Assembly (NCBI GenBank): GCA_963796965.1
Contig: CAWCNS010000016.1
Coordinates: forward strand, 32,001 to 96,000
Source of the DNA: Calditrichia bacterium
Lineage (GTDB): Bacteria; Calditrichota; Calditrichia; JAJRVZ01
Reading direction: 5' to 3'
DNA length: 64,000 nt
Of this stretch, positions 54,124 to 64,000 are shown one piece after another. The notes under the pieces are model-generated. The model saw only the letters and a list, made by a program, of their open reading frames with translations, made no database searches and was not told the DNA's origin. How positions within the stretch are numbered: position 1 is the first letter of the stretch; every line of letters starts with the position of its first letter. The translations under genes and the position numbers were made by a program.

Positions 54124-56250
54124 TTATCTGATCAGGATCAGTTTTTTTGTCTGCACGAATGCTTCTGCTTCAAGTCGGTAAAGATAAACGCCCGAGGCCA
54201 GATTTTGAGGCGTCCATACCAGCTGATAGCTGCCGGCTTGTTGTACGCCATCGACCAGAGAAGCAACTTTTTCCCCTAGGATATTATAAATGTCCAGTTT
54301 TACCTGACCGGTTTTCTTCAAACCATAACTGATCGTGGTAGACGGGTTGAACGGATTCGGATAATTCTGGTGCAGATAAAAACTTGTCGGTGATGTATTT
54401 TGTCCGTCGATGCCGGTCCAGAGCCGGTAGATGAACTCTACATAATAACTGCTGTCATTTTCCGTTACTGTAAGCAGTGTATCAGACGGAACCAGATAAT
54501 ACTCTTGCGGGTTGATCCATACCGGGGGACTTAACAACCACTGGCCCTCACATACGCGCAACTGATAGGTAGAATCTGCTTGCAGTTCAGCACCTGTCTG
54601 ATATACCCACGGCCATTCCCCCATCGTATTTATCCCGTAGAATGTTTCCCCCTGATTTATTGGAACATCACCGCGGAGTTTTACGGTGATGAGCGCATGG
54701 GCATAATTCAATTTAAAATGTAGTGTATCTACGGTGTCGGCCATGACACTTATCGCATTGTAGCGACTGGGCATTGGTAAATATTGATTATTGTCTTGAA
54801 TAAATTCTACATCATATTTACCGTTCATTACCGGAATAAAGAAATTATTGCTTTGATCGACAACTGATGAATAGGATGACGTATACGTGCTGTCCCAGGC
54901 GGTTACACGGCTACGATCATAGTCAAGATCTGTCGGATCCCCGGGATCAAAAGTGATTGTTCCGGCAATGGCCGCATTAGCCGGTATAAGCTTAAAGTAC
55001 ACCGTATCGCCGGGCATTGCCATTTGCCAGTTTTGTTCAATAATATATCCCGGTGGCGGAGGGGTTCCCCATTGCGGATCATCCTGCAGCCAGATATTAT
55101 AGGGTGTTCCTTCACGTACTGACAATTCAAAATAGCCGGTTGAGGGATCGGATTCTGTCTCCGTCTGACCAAGTGAATCCGACCAGGCTCTGAATCGATA
55201 CAATTTAGATGGATTCTGACCGTTCTCGCTGATATAACCGTAAATTTTCGCATTGGTTTGATAGGCAACCAGATTATACTCAAGACTGTCCCCCCAGGTC
55301 AGCTCAAACTGTTTATTGTCAGGCGGCTGGAGATAATCAGGAATAAGCATCCTGTCATCAGTCCTGATCTGAAATGTATTGGTCGAATCTGATCCCTGAA
55401 TGATTACCTGAGCAGGAATCGTGTAGTGGCCGCCGGTGACGACAGATTCAGTTTCACCTCCGCTTGTCTGATTAGCCAGATTAACATAACCATCGCGATT
55501 GATTAATGTACCGTTCTGATCGAAAATGCTGCCATAGACATAGGATGACGGCAGTTTGAAAGTGAAATTGATTGAAGCGGTGTTACCTGCCGGGATACTG
55601 CTTTCATAGCCCCTGGGATCTTTTATATACCCGGGCAGTGTGTTTTCAAATAGTGTACCAATTTCCCATTGGGCATCAGCAACGGGCAGATTGATCAAAT
55701 AGTCTCCGTTTACATCGGTCAGACCACTAAAAATACCGTTTTCTCCCATGGCGCCAATCATGACGTTTTCGTACTTTGAATCCGGTTTATCCGTCCCTTC
55801 GATCGTGATTGTGCCGGTAATCGTTGCCGGAGGATCGGTCATTGGATTGACCTGAAACCAGTTTGTTACTGAACTCTCATCCTGATCGGTGACGCGCATG
55901 ATATAATTTTGCTGGGCAAATCCAAATGGACCGAACTGCAAATAAATAATCCCGTCCGCTACAGTACTTGAATCAGAAGGTCCCTCGCCCTGCTCGCCAT
56001 CGGTAATGGTGAGGGTATCGAAAAAAAAGTCCCCCGTATCTATTGTCCGGGAGGCATTGAGATCAAGATATATTTCAACTGCCACACTACCTCCGACCGA
56101 AGAAAGATCCAGTTCCCAGGCAAAATTATCGCCCTGTGTAAGCGTATTAGAACTTTCCCCATTTACCCAGAACCAGAGATGTGTCGTCGCCTTTGAATTG
56201 ACGGGTAACATCATTGAACTTAATAATAAAAGCATTAAATATTTCTTCAT
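54124..56250 (-). CDS. Secreted multi-beta-sandwich protein with T9SS type-A-like C-terminal sorting domain
   Basis: Signal peptide; repeated 'I.G.I' carboxypeptidase-regulatory-like modules; LHQNYPNPFNPSTTISY..SGVYLYRL..KKLILIR. Confidence 0.85.
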   Translation of the reverse strand: MKKYLMLLLLSSMMLPVNSKATTHLWFWVNGESSNTLTQGDNFAWELDLSSVGGSVAVEIYLDLNASRTIDTGDFFFDTLTITDGEQGEGPSDSSTVADGIIYLQFGPFGFAQQNYIMRVTDQDESSVTNWFQVNPMTDPPATITGTITIEGTDKPDSKYENVMIGAMGENGIFSGLTDVNGDYLINLPVADAQWEIGTLFENTLPGYIKDPRGYESSIPAGNTASINFTFKLPSSYVYGSIFDQNGTLINRDGYVNLANQTSGGETESVVTGGHYTIPAQVIIQGSDSTNTFQIRTDDRMLIPDYLQPPDNKQFELTWGDSLEYNLVAYQTNAKIYGYISENGQNPSKLYRFRAWSDSLGQTETESDPSTGYFELSVREGTPYNIWLQDDPQWGTPPPPGYIIEQNWQMAMPGDTVYFKLIPANAAIAGTITFDPGDPTDLDYDRSRVTAWDSTYTSSYSSVVDQSNNFFIPVMNGKYDVEFIQDNNQYLPMPSRYNAISVMADTVDTLHFKLNYAHALITVKLRGDVPINQGETFYGINTMGEWPWVYQTGAELQADSTYQLRVCEGQWLLSPPVWINPQEYYLVPSDTLLTVTENDSSYYVEFIYRLWTGIDGQNTSPTSFYLHQNYPNPFNPSTTISYGLKKTGQVKLDIYNILGEKVASLVDGVQQAGSYQLVWTPQNLASGVYLYRLEAEAFVQTKKLILIR

Positions 56251-56477
56251 ATATACCTCTTTCAGTTAATTGGTTATTCTGAGTGATCGGATCATTTTGA
56301 TATATAGATAACTTATTTATAAACATTTTTTTTAGCCTGATTAATTCATAAATTTTGGATTTAAAAAAATAACACGAAATTTTCTTCACGCCCTCGCGTC
56401 TCTGCATGAGAAAATTTACTTTCACTAAAAGAGATCAATCTAAAAAACTAAACGAAAATTTACACGAGGTAAATATA

Positions 56478-57065
56478 ATGAAGAACTATTTTATGGGGAT
56501 AATTCTATTACTTTCTTTGTTTGGTAATCGCCTGTGGGGGCAGGAGTTACCGGTAGTGAGTATCTTTTACTATAGCAAAACGGGAAATACAAAAGCGATG
56601 GCGGAATCCGCTAAACGTGGTGCTGAAAGTGTCGATAGTGTCACCGTGCATCTATATTCAGTCGAGGAAGCAAAATCTGAACATCTTCTGGAAGCCGATG
56701 CGATTATTGTCGGATCCCCGGTCTATAAAGCCAACATTGCTCCATCCGTAATACAGTTTATCAATACCTGGCCGTTTGAGGGTACACCCCTTAAAGACAA
56801 GGTAGGGGCAGCATTCGTTACCGCCGGTGGGATTTCTGCCGGGGAAGAACTGGTCCAGATGAATATTCTCCAGGCGATGCTTCTCCATGGTATGATCATT
56901 GTAGGTGGACCCGATTGGAAGGGTGCTTTTGGTGCATCTGCCATAACCAGCGAAAAGCCATTTAATCTAGATTCTACCGATGGTCAGGTGCAGGAGCAGT
57001 TTCTAAAGAAAGCAGCTTCTTTGGGGAAACGGGTTGCGCTTTTAGCAAAACGTCTCAAAATATAA
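56478..57065 (+). CDS. Exported flavodoxin/WrbA-like protein
   Basis: Signal peptide; YYSKTGNT, GSPVY, GAAFVT; GAGG RBS. Confidence 0.85.
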   Translation: MKNYFMGIILLLSLFGNRLWGQELPVVSIFYYSKTGNTKAMAESAKRGAESVDSVTVHLYSVEEAKSEHLLEADAIIVGSPVYKANIAPSVIQFINTWPFEGTPLKDKVGAAFVTAGGISAGEELVQMNILQAMLLHGMIIVGGPDWKGAFGASAITSEKPFNLDSTDGQVQEQFLKKAASLGKRVALLAKRLKI

Positions 57066-57221
57066 TGTTTGTTTAAAGCCAAAAATAAATAAAATATTTC
57101 TCGCAAAGACGCAAAGTCGCTAAGAAAAGAAAAACATCTATTAACTAATCAAAAGAATTATTTTTGATTAATATCTTTGCGGCTCTGCGTCTTTGCGTGA
57201 GAAATTCAATTATTCATTTAG

Positions 57222-58217
57222 TCAAATCTTGACAATTTGCTTGCCAATATTGTCGCCGGAGAATAATCCCAGTAAAGCGGATGGGATGTTCTCAAATCCT
57301 TCTACAATATTTTCGTGTGATTTGATTTTACCTTCTATCAGCCATTCTCTTAAATGTTCGCGCGCCTCCTTGAATTGATCCCGGTAATCATAAACGATAA
57401 AGCCTTGAAGTTTGGTTCGGCGGATAAGAAACTGGGGGTAGAGTCTTGGTCCCATACTGAGGCGGTTTAAATTATATAAAGCAATCTGTCCGCAAAGAAT
57501 CACGCGTGAAAAATTATTTAATAAGTAAAATACACCATCAGAAATATCACCGCCAACATTGTCAAAATAGATATCTACTTTATCCGGGCTAATTTTTCTA
57601 AGTGCTTTTCTGATGTTTGGAGAATTCTTATAATTGATAACCTCATCAAATTTTAATTCATCCTTCAGATAGGTGCATTTTTGATCAGAACCTGCAATAC
57701 CAATGACTTTACATCCTTTAATCTTTGCAATTTGACCGGCAATGGAGCCCACGGCGCCTGCGGCACCTGATATTACGACTGTTTCACCGCTCTTTGGTTT
57801 CCCAATATCAAGCAATCCAAAATAGGCAGTTAATCCGGTGAGACCCAAGGATCCCAGATATTCTGTGGGTGAAAGGTTCTTGTCCGCTTCGATCTTTTCA
57901 ACCTTTGAAGGAGAAACAACTGAATATTCCTGCCAGGGTAGTTGCCCGGTTACCAGGTCGCCCGGGTCGAATCCTTTATCATTCGACTCAACAATTTCAG
58001 CAATAACATCACCATTCAAAGGCTGGTTCAATTCAAATGGGGCGACGTATGATTCGACATTGTTCATCCGGTTTCGCATGTACGGATCTACTGAGATATA
58101 TTTTGATTTAACCAGAATCTGACCGATATCCGGTTTTGGAATCTCTCCTTCAATTAATTTCAAATTATCTTCATTTAACATCCCTGACGGTCGGGTGTTC
58201 AATAATATTTTTTTCAT
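57222..58217 (-). CDS. NADP-dependent oxidoreductase (CurA/PTGR-like MDR)
   Basis: ISVDPYMR, GLTAYFGL, SGAAGAVG, YFDNVGG, NIGKQIV. Confidence 0.92.
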   Translation of the reverse strand: MKKILLNTRPSGMLNEDNLKLIEGEIPKPDIGQILVKSKYISVDPYMRNRMNNVESYVAPFELNQPLNGDVIAEIVESNDKGFDPGDLVTGQLPWQEYSVVSPSKVEKIEADKNLSPTEYLGSLGLTGLTAYFGLLDIGKPKSGETVVISGAAGAVGSIAGQIAKIKGCKVIGIAGSDQKCTYLKDELKFDEVINYKNSPNIRKALRKISPDKVDIYFDNVGGDISDGVFYLLNNFSRVILCGQIALYNLNRLSMGPRLYPQFLIRRTKLQGFIVYDYRDQFKEAREHLREWLIEGKIKSHENIVEGFENIPSALLGLFSGDNIGKQIVKI

Positions 58218-58312
58218 CGGAGACTTATCCTTTGATAGTATTCATTAGCCTGGATATTTCATTTCTTGCAATGTCGCGACGATCTATTTAAAAATGACTT
58301 ATTATTAATTTA

Positions 58313-58533
58313 CATGAGTGTCCGGTTTAAAAATCCTAATCGAAGTTACATCAAAACATATCGGTGCCAATCCCATTCTCTTGTAGAGAGAATGGGCTCC
58401 ATAAAGTCCCTCTCTTCAGAGAGGGATTTAGGGTGAGTTCTTTAAATCAAGTCCCAAAGTTACGAAATTAATTATTTCAATTAATATTACAGTCTTTAAT
58501 AACATCTGATTAAATCTTAACCGGACACTCATG
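58313..58533 (+). mobile_element. MITE copy 2 (221 bp)
   Basis: Same TIRs as copy 1; TSD ATTAATTTA at 58304-58312 and 58534-58542; nearly identical to copy 1. Confidence 0.92.
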
Positions 58534-58901
58534 ATTAATTTATGTAATTAAACTTATTTGTATAATCCTTTCTGAAGGATTTATAAATAATTATTTACTA
58601 ACGACTTAGCACCCTTGTGAGAAATAGTAATTAATAGATCAGTTTATCTAATTATGAGCACAAAGTAAAAAGGAAAAGGGAAAAAGTAAAAGTAAAAAAG
58701 CAAAATAAATATGTGATCTATTATTAAGGGTGTATCAGATAATGTTTAAGAGAATGAGCTTATTTTATAATTACTCCTATAATTCGTGGACGATTTATTA
58801 AATTTCATATAAATTTATGCTTATTTAAAAGTCTATATCTTATGTATTATCAGAAATATTTAAATAATAGGAATTTGACGTTTTATTAAACTATATTAAT
58901 T

Positions 58902-59124
58902 CATTAGTGTCCGGTTAAGATTTAGATATGTAATCATAAACAACACGATATCAAATAATTTTATTAATATCCAAACATGGGAACTTGATTCAAAGAACTC
59001 TCCCTAAATCCCTCTCTTACAAAGCGAGGGACTTTGAGGAGCCCTTCTCGTGAAGAAGAGAAGGGATTTTTGGATGAGATTTTCTCTTAAAACATTGACT
59101 CTTCTTTTAAACCGGACACGTATG
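58902..59124 (-). mobile_element. MITE copy 3 (223 bp), inverted, second subtype
   Basis: CATTAGTGTCCGGTT...AACCGGACACGTATG; TSD ATATTAATT at 58893-58901 and 59125-59133. Confidence 0.88.
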
Positions 59125-59450
59125 ATATTAATTATTAAAAATCGTCGTGTCTTTTAAATCTTAGAAGATTAATCCCGGAATGTCGACGCTGTCGTCGGGA
59201 TGCGTTACTGTGCAAGAAAAATAATTAACCACAGAGACCATGGAGAAAAAATATATAGTTTTAAAAATTCGACTGGTGTAAATCTTAGATAAAAATATCA
59301 GATTTAAGAGAAGCAAAATTCAAAATCCTATTAAAACTTTGTGAACTTTGAGTCTACTTCGTGTCCTTTGTGTTAAAAATATGATATTATATTTCCCACA
59401 ATCTATATGAAACGAAATTAATAATCTTAAAGATGATAGAAGGATAAGTA

Positions 59451-60225
59451 GTGAAAACAAAACTGGAGATTGCCCAAAATTGGCTTCCCCGATATACGGG
59501 AACCCAAATAGATGAATTTGGTGATTATATTCTATTAACGAACTTTCATAACTATCTGTTAAAATTTGCTGAACAATATGATTGTGAAGTAAAAGGTCAG
59601 GGAAAACCGATGCAGACAGCAACAAACAATCTTGGGCTTTCTATCATCAACTTTGGAATGGGTTCAGCGAATGCTGCTACTATTATGGATCTTCTTGTTG
59701 CCCGTGAACCGAAAGGTGTGCTATTTCTGGGAAAATGTGGGGGGCTGAAGGCATCGACGGAAATTGGACACTTTATATTACCGATTGCCGCTATCAGGGG
59801 AGATGGAACCAGCGCAGATTATATGCCAAAAGAAGTACCGGCTTTGCCATCATTTAAATTACATAAATTTGTATCAAATAAACTTGTCGCCCATAATCTT
59901 GAATACCGGACAGGGGTGATCTACACAACCAATCGGAGACTGTGGGAATGGGATGACAACTTTAAAGAATATCTCGGCAAATTATCAGTGTATCGGTATT
60001 GATATGGAGACAGCGACCATTTTTGTAGTTGGACATGCCAACGAGATATCTCGTGGGGCGCTATTGATGGTCTCTGATATGCCACTTATTCCGGAGGGAA
60101 TTAAGACAGAAGAGATGGATGAAAAAGTTACCGCTGATTTTGTGGATTTGCATTTGCAGCTTGGGATTGAGGCGATGACAGAAATTGAAGAACAAGGTGA
60201 ACCGATCCGCCATTTTCGATATTAA
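59451..60225 (+). CDS. amn: AMP nucleosidase (frameshift near 59985)
   Basis: NWLPRYTG, ILLTNF, NFGMGSANAATIMDL, GKCGGL, IDMETAT. Confidence 0.9.
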
Positions 60226-60318
60226 GACGTTATGATAGAAAAACCTTAACCACAAAGTTCACAAAGAAAACACTAGCCAAAGGCGGGCAGGCTAAAATCG
60301 CAAAGAAATAAGAAAATC

Positions 60319-60377
60319 TCTGAATGACCTCTCCCATTATCCCCCTCCTTACTAAGGAGGGGGAAAGAGGGGGTGGT
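60319..60377 (-). repeat. 59-bp palindromic dispersed repeat, copy 2
   Basis: Inverted copy of 6799-6857. Confidence 0.85.
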
Positions 60378-60488
60378 CATTACATTCTTCTTCCTTTGGT
60401 CCCGGTTAAAAATCAGATAAACAATTAAGTAGATCATTATTAAATAGAAAAAATCGATATATAAATAAAAATCGGATGATTATCCTTG

Positions 60489-61584
60489 ATGATAACGCCA
60501 GATAATAAAAAATACATGAAGCGGGTTTTCGATCTCGCAAAAATGGGAATTGGAAAGGTGAGTCCCAATCCTCTGGTTGCTGCTATACTTGTGAAGAATG
60601 GCAAAATTATTGGTGAGGGATATCATCAGGAATATGGTGGTCCGCATGCAGAAGTTCATGCAATTAATCATGCCACTGAATCCCCAGCCGGGTCAACCCT
60701 CTACTGTAACCTGGAACCCTGTTGTCATCTTAATAAACAAACACCTCCTTGCGTGCCAATTATTATTTCACAGGAAATTAAAAAAGTTGTAATATCAAAC
60801 CCAGATCCAAATCCTGATGTTAATGGTAAAGGTATCCAACAATTAAAAGAGGCAGGAATTGAAGTTGAAACGGGTGTTTTGGAGAAGGAGGGTAAAGAAC
60901 TTAACCGCTTCTTTTTCAAATATATTAGCCAGAACTTACCCTATGTCACTGTCAAATTAGCTCAGACGATGGATGGCTTTATCTCATCTAATTATGATAC
61001 ACAAGAATGGATTAGCGGTAATCGTTCCCAGCAACTGGTCCATCAATGGCGGGCGCAATATGACGCTGTCTTAGTTGGTGGCAATACCTTGAGGGTGGAT
61101 GATGCAGCACTTACTGTACGACATTCTAAGGGCCGTGATCCAGTCCGGATTATATTATCTGCTTCATTGAATATGGAGGAATCCGCTAAAATATTTAAAC
61201 ATAAATCGCCGGAGAATACCTGGATCTTCACCACCGTTGGGGCAGATCCGTATAAGGTAAATAAGATGAAAAAATTGGGTTGTCGTGTGATATCTTTGGA
61301 TTCGAATAGTGATAATTATATAGCACTTTCCCGTCTGTTAGAGTATCTGGCAGAGCAAAAAATTACCTCTTTGTTGGTGGAGGGAGGGCAGCAGCTGAGC
61401 TTCTCAATTTCTCTATAGTAATTATTTTGATGAATTGAAAATTTTTGTCTCTCCAAAAGTCTGGGGTGAAGGTCTGTCTGCTTTTAAAAAAAGCCCGGAT
61501 TTAAGTTTTCCTCAATTGAATTTTGTAAAGTTAGAAAACGTTGGTGAAGATATCTTATTAACTTTGCAACCTCAGAAAAAATAA
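60489..61584 (+). CDS. ribD: Riboflavin biosynthesis deaminase/reductase (frameshift near 61398)
   Basis: PNPLV, HAE, LEPCCH..PPC, LLVEGG; C-terminus continues in another frame to TAA at 61584. Confidence 0.93.
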
Positions 61585-61664
61585 TCATTAATGTTTTTTA
61601 AAAATATTATATTGAAAACATAGTTTTTCATGTTTTCAGCACATTTTCTTTGTAAGTTTGCCAA

Positions 61665-62313
61665 ATGTTTACAGGTATCATAGAAGAAACGGGAATTTTA
61701 AAGAGTATTGGTGCAATCCCCGGTGGAAAAAAAATATCGATAAAGGCCTCCAGAGTGTTGGAAGACCTTAAGATTGAGCATTCAATTGCTGTCTCTGGTG
61801 TTTGTTTGACTGTGGTTGATGTGGACAAAAATTCCTTCACCGTAGAAGTCTGTGGGAGAAACGCTAGAAAAAACAACACTACATAATATAAGTGTTGGAT
61901 TTTTGGTCAATCTAGAGCGAGCCATGCGTATGAGCGATCGTCTCGGTGGGCATCTCCTGCAGGGTCATGTGAATGGTACGGGCCGGGTACATCAAATTAT
62001 ACAACGTGGGGATAATTGGCTAATAGAAATTGATCTGCCTGATAATTTAAAAAGATATGCACTTCCGGAAGGAAGCATTGCTATTGATGGGATCAGCCTG
62101 ACGATTGCACAAATAAAGGACGATAGAATAGGATTATCTATTATTCCTTATACTTATAAGAACACAACGATAAAAAATTTAAAAACTGATGATTATTGCA
62201 ACATTGAGACCGATATAATTGGTAGATATGTGGAAAAAATGTTGCATAATACAACAAATGAAGATGGGGGGAGCAAAATTACACCAGATTGGTTGCAAAA
62301 GCAGGGTTTTTAA
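61665..62313 (+). CDS. ribE: Riboflavin synthase (frameshift near 61849)
   Basis: MFTGII N-terminus, SGVCLTV, VNLERA, GGHLLQGHV, DGISLT. Confidence 0.93.
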
Positions 62314-62366
62314 ATTTGAATTAGAATATTATTTATTAATGAATTGAATTAGGCTATACTAAAACT

Positions 62367-63578
62367 ATGAATAAATTTAATACAATTGAAGAAGCCATTG
62401 AAGCCTATCGGGGCGGTGAAATGGTAATTGTGGTCGATGATGAGGGTCGGGAAAATGAGGGTGACCTCATCCTGGCCTCACAGATGGTTACTCCAGAAAA
62501 AATAAATTTTTTGGCAAAAAATGCCAGGGGTATGATCTGTGTTTCGATTACTTCTCAACGAGCCAAGGAACTCAATCTGGAGTTTATGGTTGATGAAAAT
62601 ACTGCTTTGCATCATACGCCTTTCACGGTAACGGTTGATGCAAAGGCAGGCACGACCACCGGTATATCAGCTCAGGACCGGGCAGCGACCATTCAAACAA
62701 TCATCGATCCTCATACAGGTCCTGGTGATCTGGTCAGACCTGGGCATATTTTCCCTCTTGTAGCAAAAAAGGGTGGGGTGTTACGACGGGCTGGTCATAC
62801 GGAGGCGGCTGTTGATCTGGCAAAACTTGCAGGTCTGACCCCTTCCGGTGTACTATGTGAGATCATGGCTGATGATGGGTCGATGGCCCGAACGGATACC
62901 TTAATGGATTTTGCGGATAAATATCAGCTGAAAATCATCACTATAGAAGATCTTATTGAGTATAGACAGAATCGGGAAAAGTTAGTTCTACAAAAAGATA
63001 TTATAGATATGCCAACAGAATATGGCCATTTTAAACTCTATCTTTATCAGAATATTTTAGATGAGAGTGAACATCATGTAGCGCTTGTAAAGGGAGATGT
63101 TTCAAAAGGTGAGCCCGTGCTGGTTCGTGTTCATTCAGAATGCCTCACTGGAGATGTCTTTGGTTCTAAACGGTGCGATTGCGGAGATCAATTAGCGGTG
63201 GCAATGATGCAGGTTGAAAAGGAAGGTCGGGGTGTGGTTCTTTATATGCGCCAGGAAGGACGTGGAATAGGATTAGTAAATAAAATCAGAGCCTATGCTT
63301 TCCAGGAAAAGGGAAAGGACACTGTCGAAGCCAATGAAGCTCTTGGTTTTAAAGCCGATTTACGCGATTATGGAATTGGCGCACAGATACTCAAGGATTT
63401 AGGCCTAAAAAAAATCAAATTAATGACCAATAATCCTAAGAAGATTGTGGGATTGCAAGGCTATAACCTGGAAATTGTAGACCGTGTGTCTTTGGAAATG
63501 GAGCCAAATAAATATAATGAAAAATATTTAAGTACAAAACGGGATAAGATGGGGCATCTTATACTGAATAGGAAATAG
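62367..63578 (+). CDS. ribBA: Bifunctional DHBP synthase / GTP cyclohydrolase II
   Basis: [46 protein letters not shown]. Confidence 0.96.
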   Translation: MNKFNTIEEAIEAYRGGEMVIVVDDEGRENEGDLILASQMVTPEKINFLAKNARGMICVSITSQRAKELNLEFMVDENTALHHTPFTVTVDAKAGTTTGISAQDRAATIQTIIDPHTGPGDLVRPGHIFPLVAKKGGVLRRAGHTEAAVDLAKLAGLTPSGVLCEIMADDGSMARTDTLMDFADKYQLKIITIEDLIEYRQNREKLVLQKDIIDMPTEYGHFKLYLYQNILDESEHHVALVKGDVSKGEPVLVRVHSECLTGDVFGSKRCDCGDQLAVAMMQVEKEGRGVVLYMRQEGRGIGLVNKIRAYAFQEKGKDTVEANEALGFKADLRDYGIGAQILKDLGLKKIKLMTNNPKKIVGLQGYNLEIVDRVSLEMEPNKYNEKYLSTKRDKMGHLILNRK

Positions 63579-63726
63579 ATGGTGAATGTAGAGAGTAAAG
63601 AGTAGAGAGTACGAAGAGTTCCCTCTCCACCCTTTACACTCTACACTCTACGCTTCTATGTCCCTACTTACTGTTATAATTTTAACAAATAATTTATGTA
63701 TAAGTTAAATATAATAAGGGAGAATT

Positions 63727-64000
63727 ATGATAAAGAAGATTGAAGGAAATCTGAATGCGCAGGGTAAAAAATATGTCCTGGTTGCAAGCCGCTTTAATGA
63801 GTTTATAACCAATAAACTGGTTGAAGGAGCCATCGATTGTCTTAGCCGTCATGGAGCCGATGAAAAAGATATTTCAACCGTCTGGGTACCAGGCGCTTTT
63901 GAGTTACCTCTTATCGCTGACAAATTGGCTAAATCAAAAAAATATGATGGGGTTATATGCCTTGGTGCTGTGATAAAAGGGGAAACACCTCACTTCGATT
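63727..64000 (+). CDS. ribH: Lumazine synthase (truncated by window end)
   Basis: Manual translation [38 protein letters not shown]. Confidence 0.95.
   Translation, partial: MIKKIEGNLNAQGKKYVLVASRFNEFITNKLVEGAIDCLSRHGADEKDISTVWVPGAFELPLIADKLAKSKKYDGVICLGAVIKGETPHFD

Noticed and set aside
53518..56400. Integrase-type genomic island or prophage at tRNA-Leu
   Set aside because: No integrase or phage genes; tRNA duplicates are confined to ~430 bp downstream of the tRNA
58313..59124. Single composite transposon formed by MITE copies 2 and 3
   Set aside because: Each copy has its own distinct TSD and the outer flanks do not match
60226..60488. FMN riboswitch upstream of the rib operon
   Set aside because: No FMN aptamer consensus seen; the hairpins there belong to dispersed repeat families
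350..61860. About 14 split genes as genuine pseudogenes or programmed frameshifts
   Set aside because: Most are repaired by removing one base, they hit conserved genes (ribD, ribE, rsmE, amn, mscS), there are no shared slippery sites, and no other decay is visible; long-read consensus error is the simplest explanation, to be confirmed from reads

Overview
A 64 kb, AT-rich bacterial chromosomal window. It is probably from an FCB-related lineage such as Calditrichota; this is an inference from a C-terminal 'QNYPNPFNP..KKLILIR' sorting domain, an S46 peptidase and the type of AMP nucleosidase. Most genes are metabolic or housekeeping: ribulokinase + fucose/arabinose-type isomerase + SSS transporter, several peptidases (M14, C1, M16 pair, S46), a TolC-MFP-TPR-RND efflux operon with rsgA, Omp85-family proteins, mscS, rsmE/HIT, AMP nucleosidase and the ribD-ribE-ribBA-ribH operon. 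About 14 genes are split by single-base indels, mostly insertions, which are most likely sequencing errors. The unusual content is non-coding. (1) An intact tRNA-Leu(CAA) is followed by an 84-aa GIY-YIG nuclease whose 3' end reads into a second, remodelled copy of the same tRNA, then a third fragment. (2) A 220-240 bp MITE family has four copies with 15-bp TIRs; three copies carry perfect 9-bp target-site duplications. (3) Several dispersed repeat families are nested within one another, and 15-25 nt mini-hairpins appear inserted into them: 'empty' and 'filled' versions of the same scaffold coexist in the window. No transposase, integrase or CRISPR array was seen. All family assignments come from motif recognition, not database searches.
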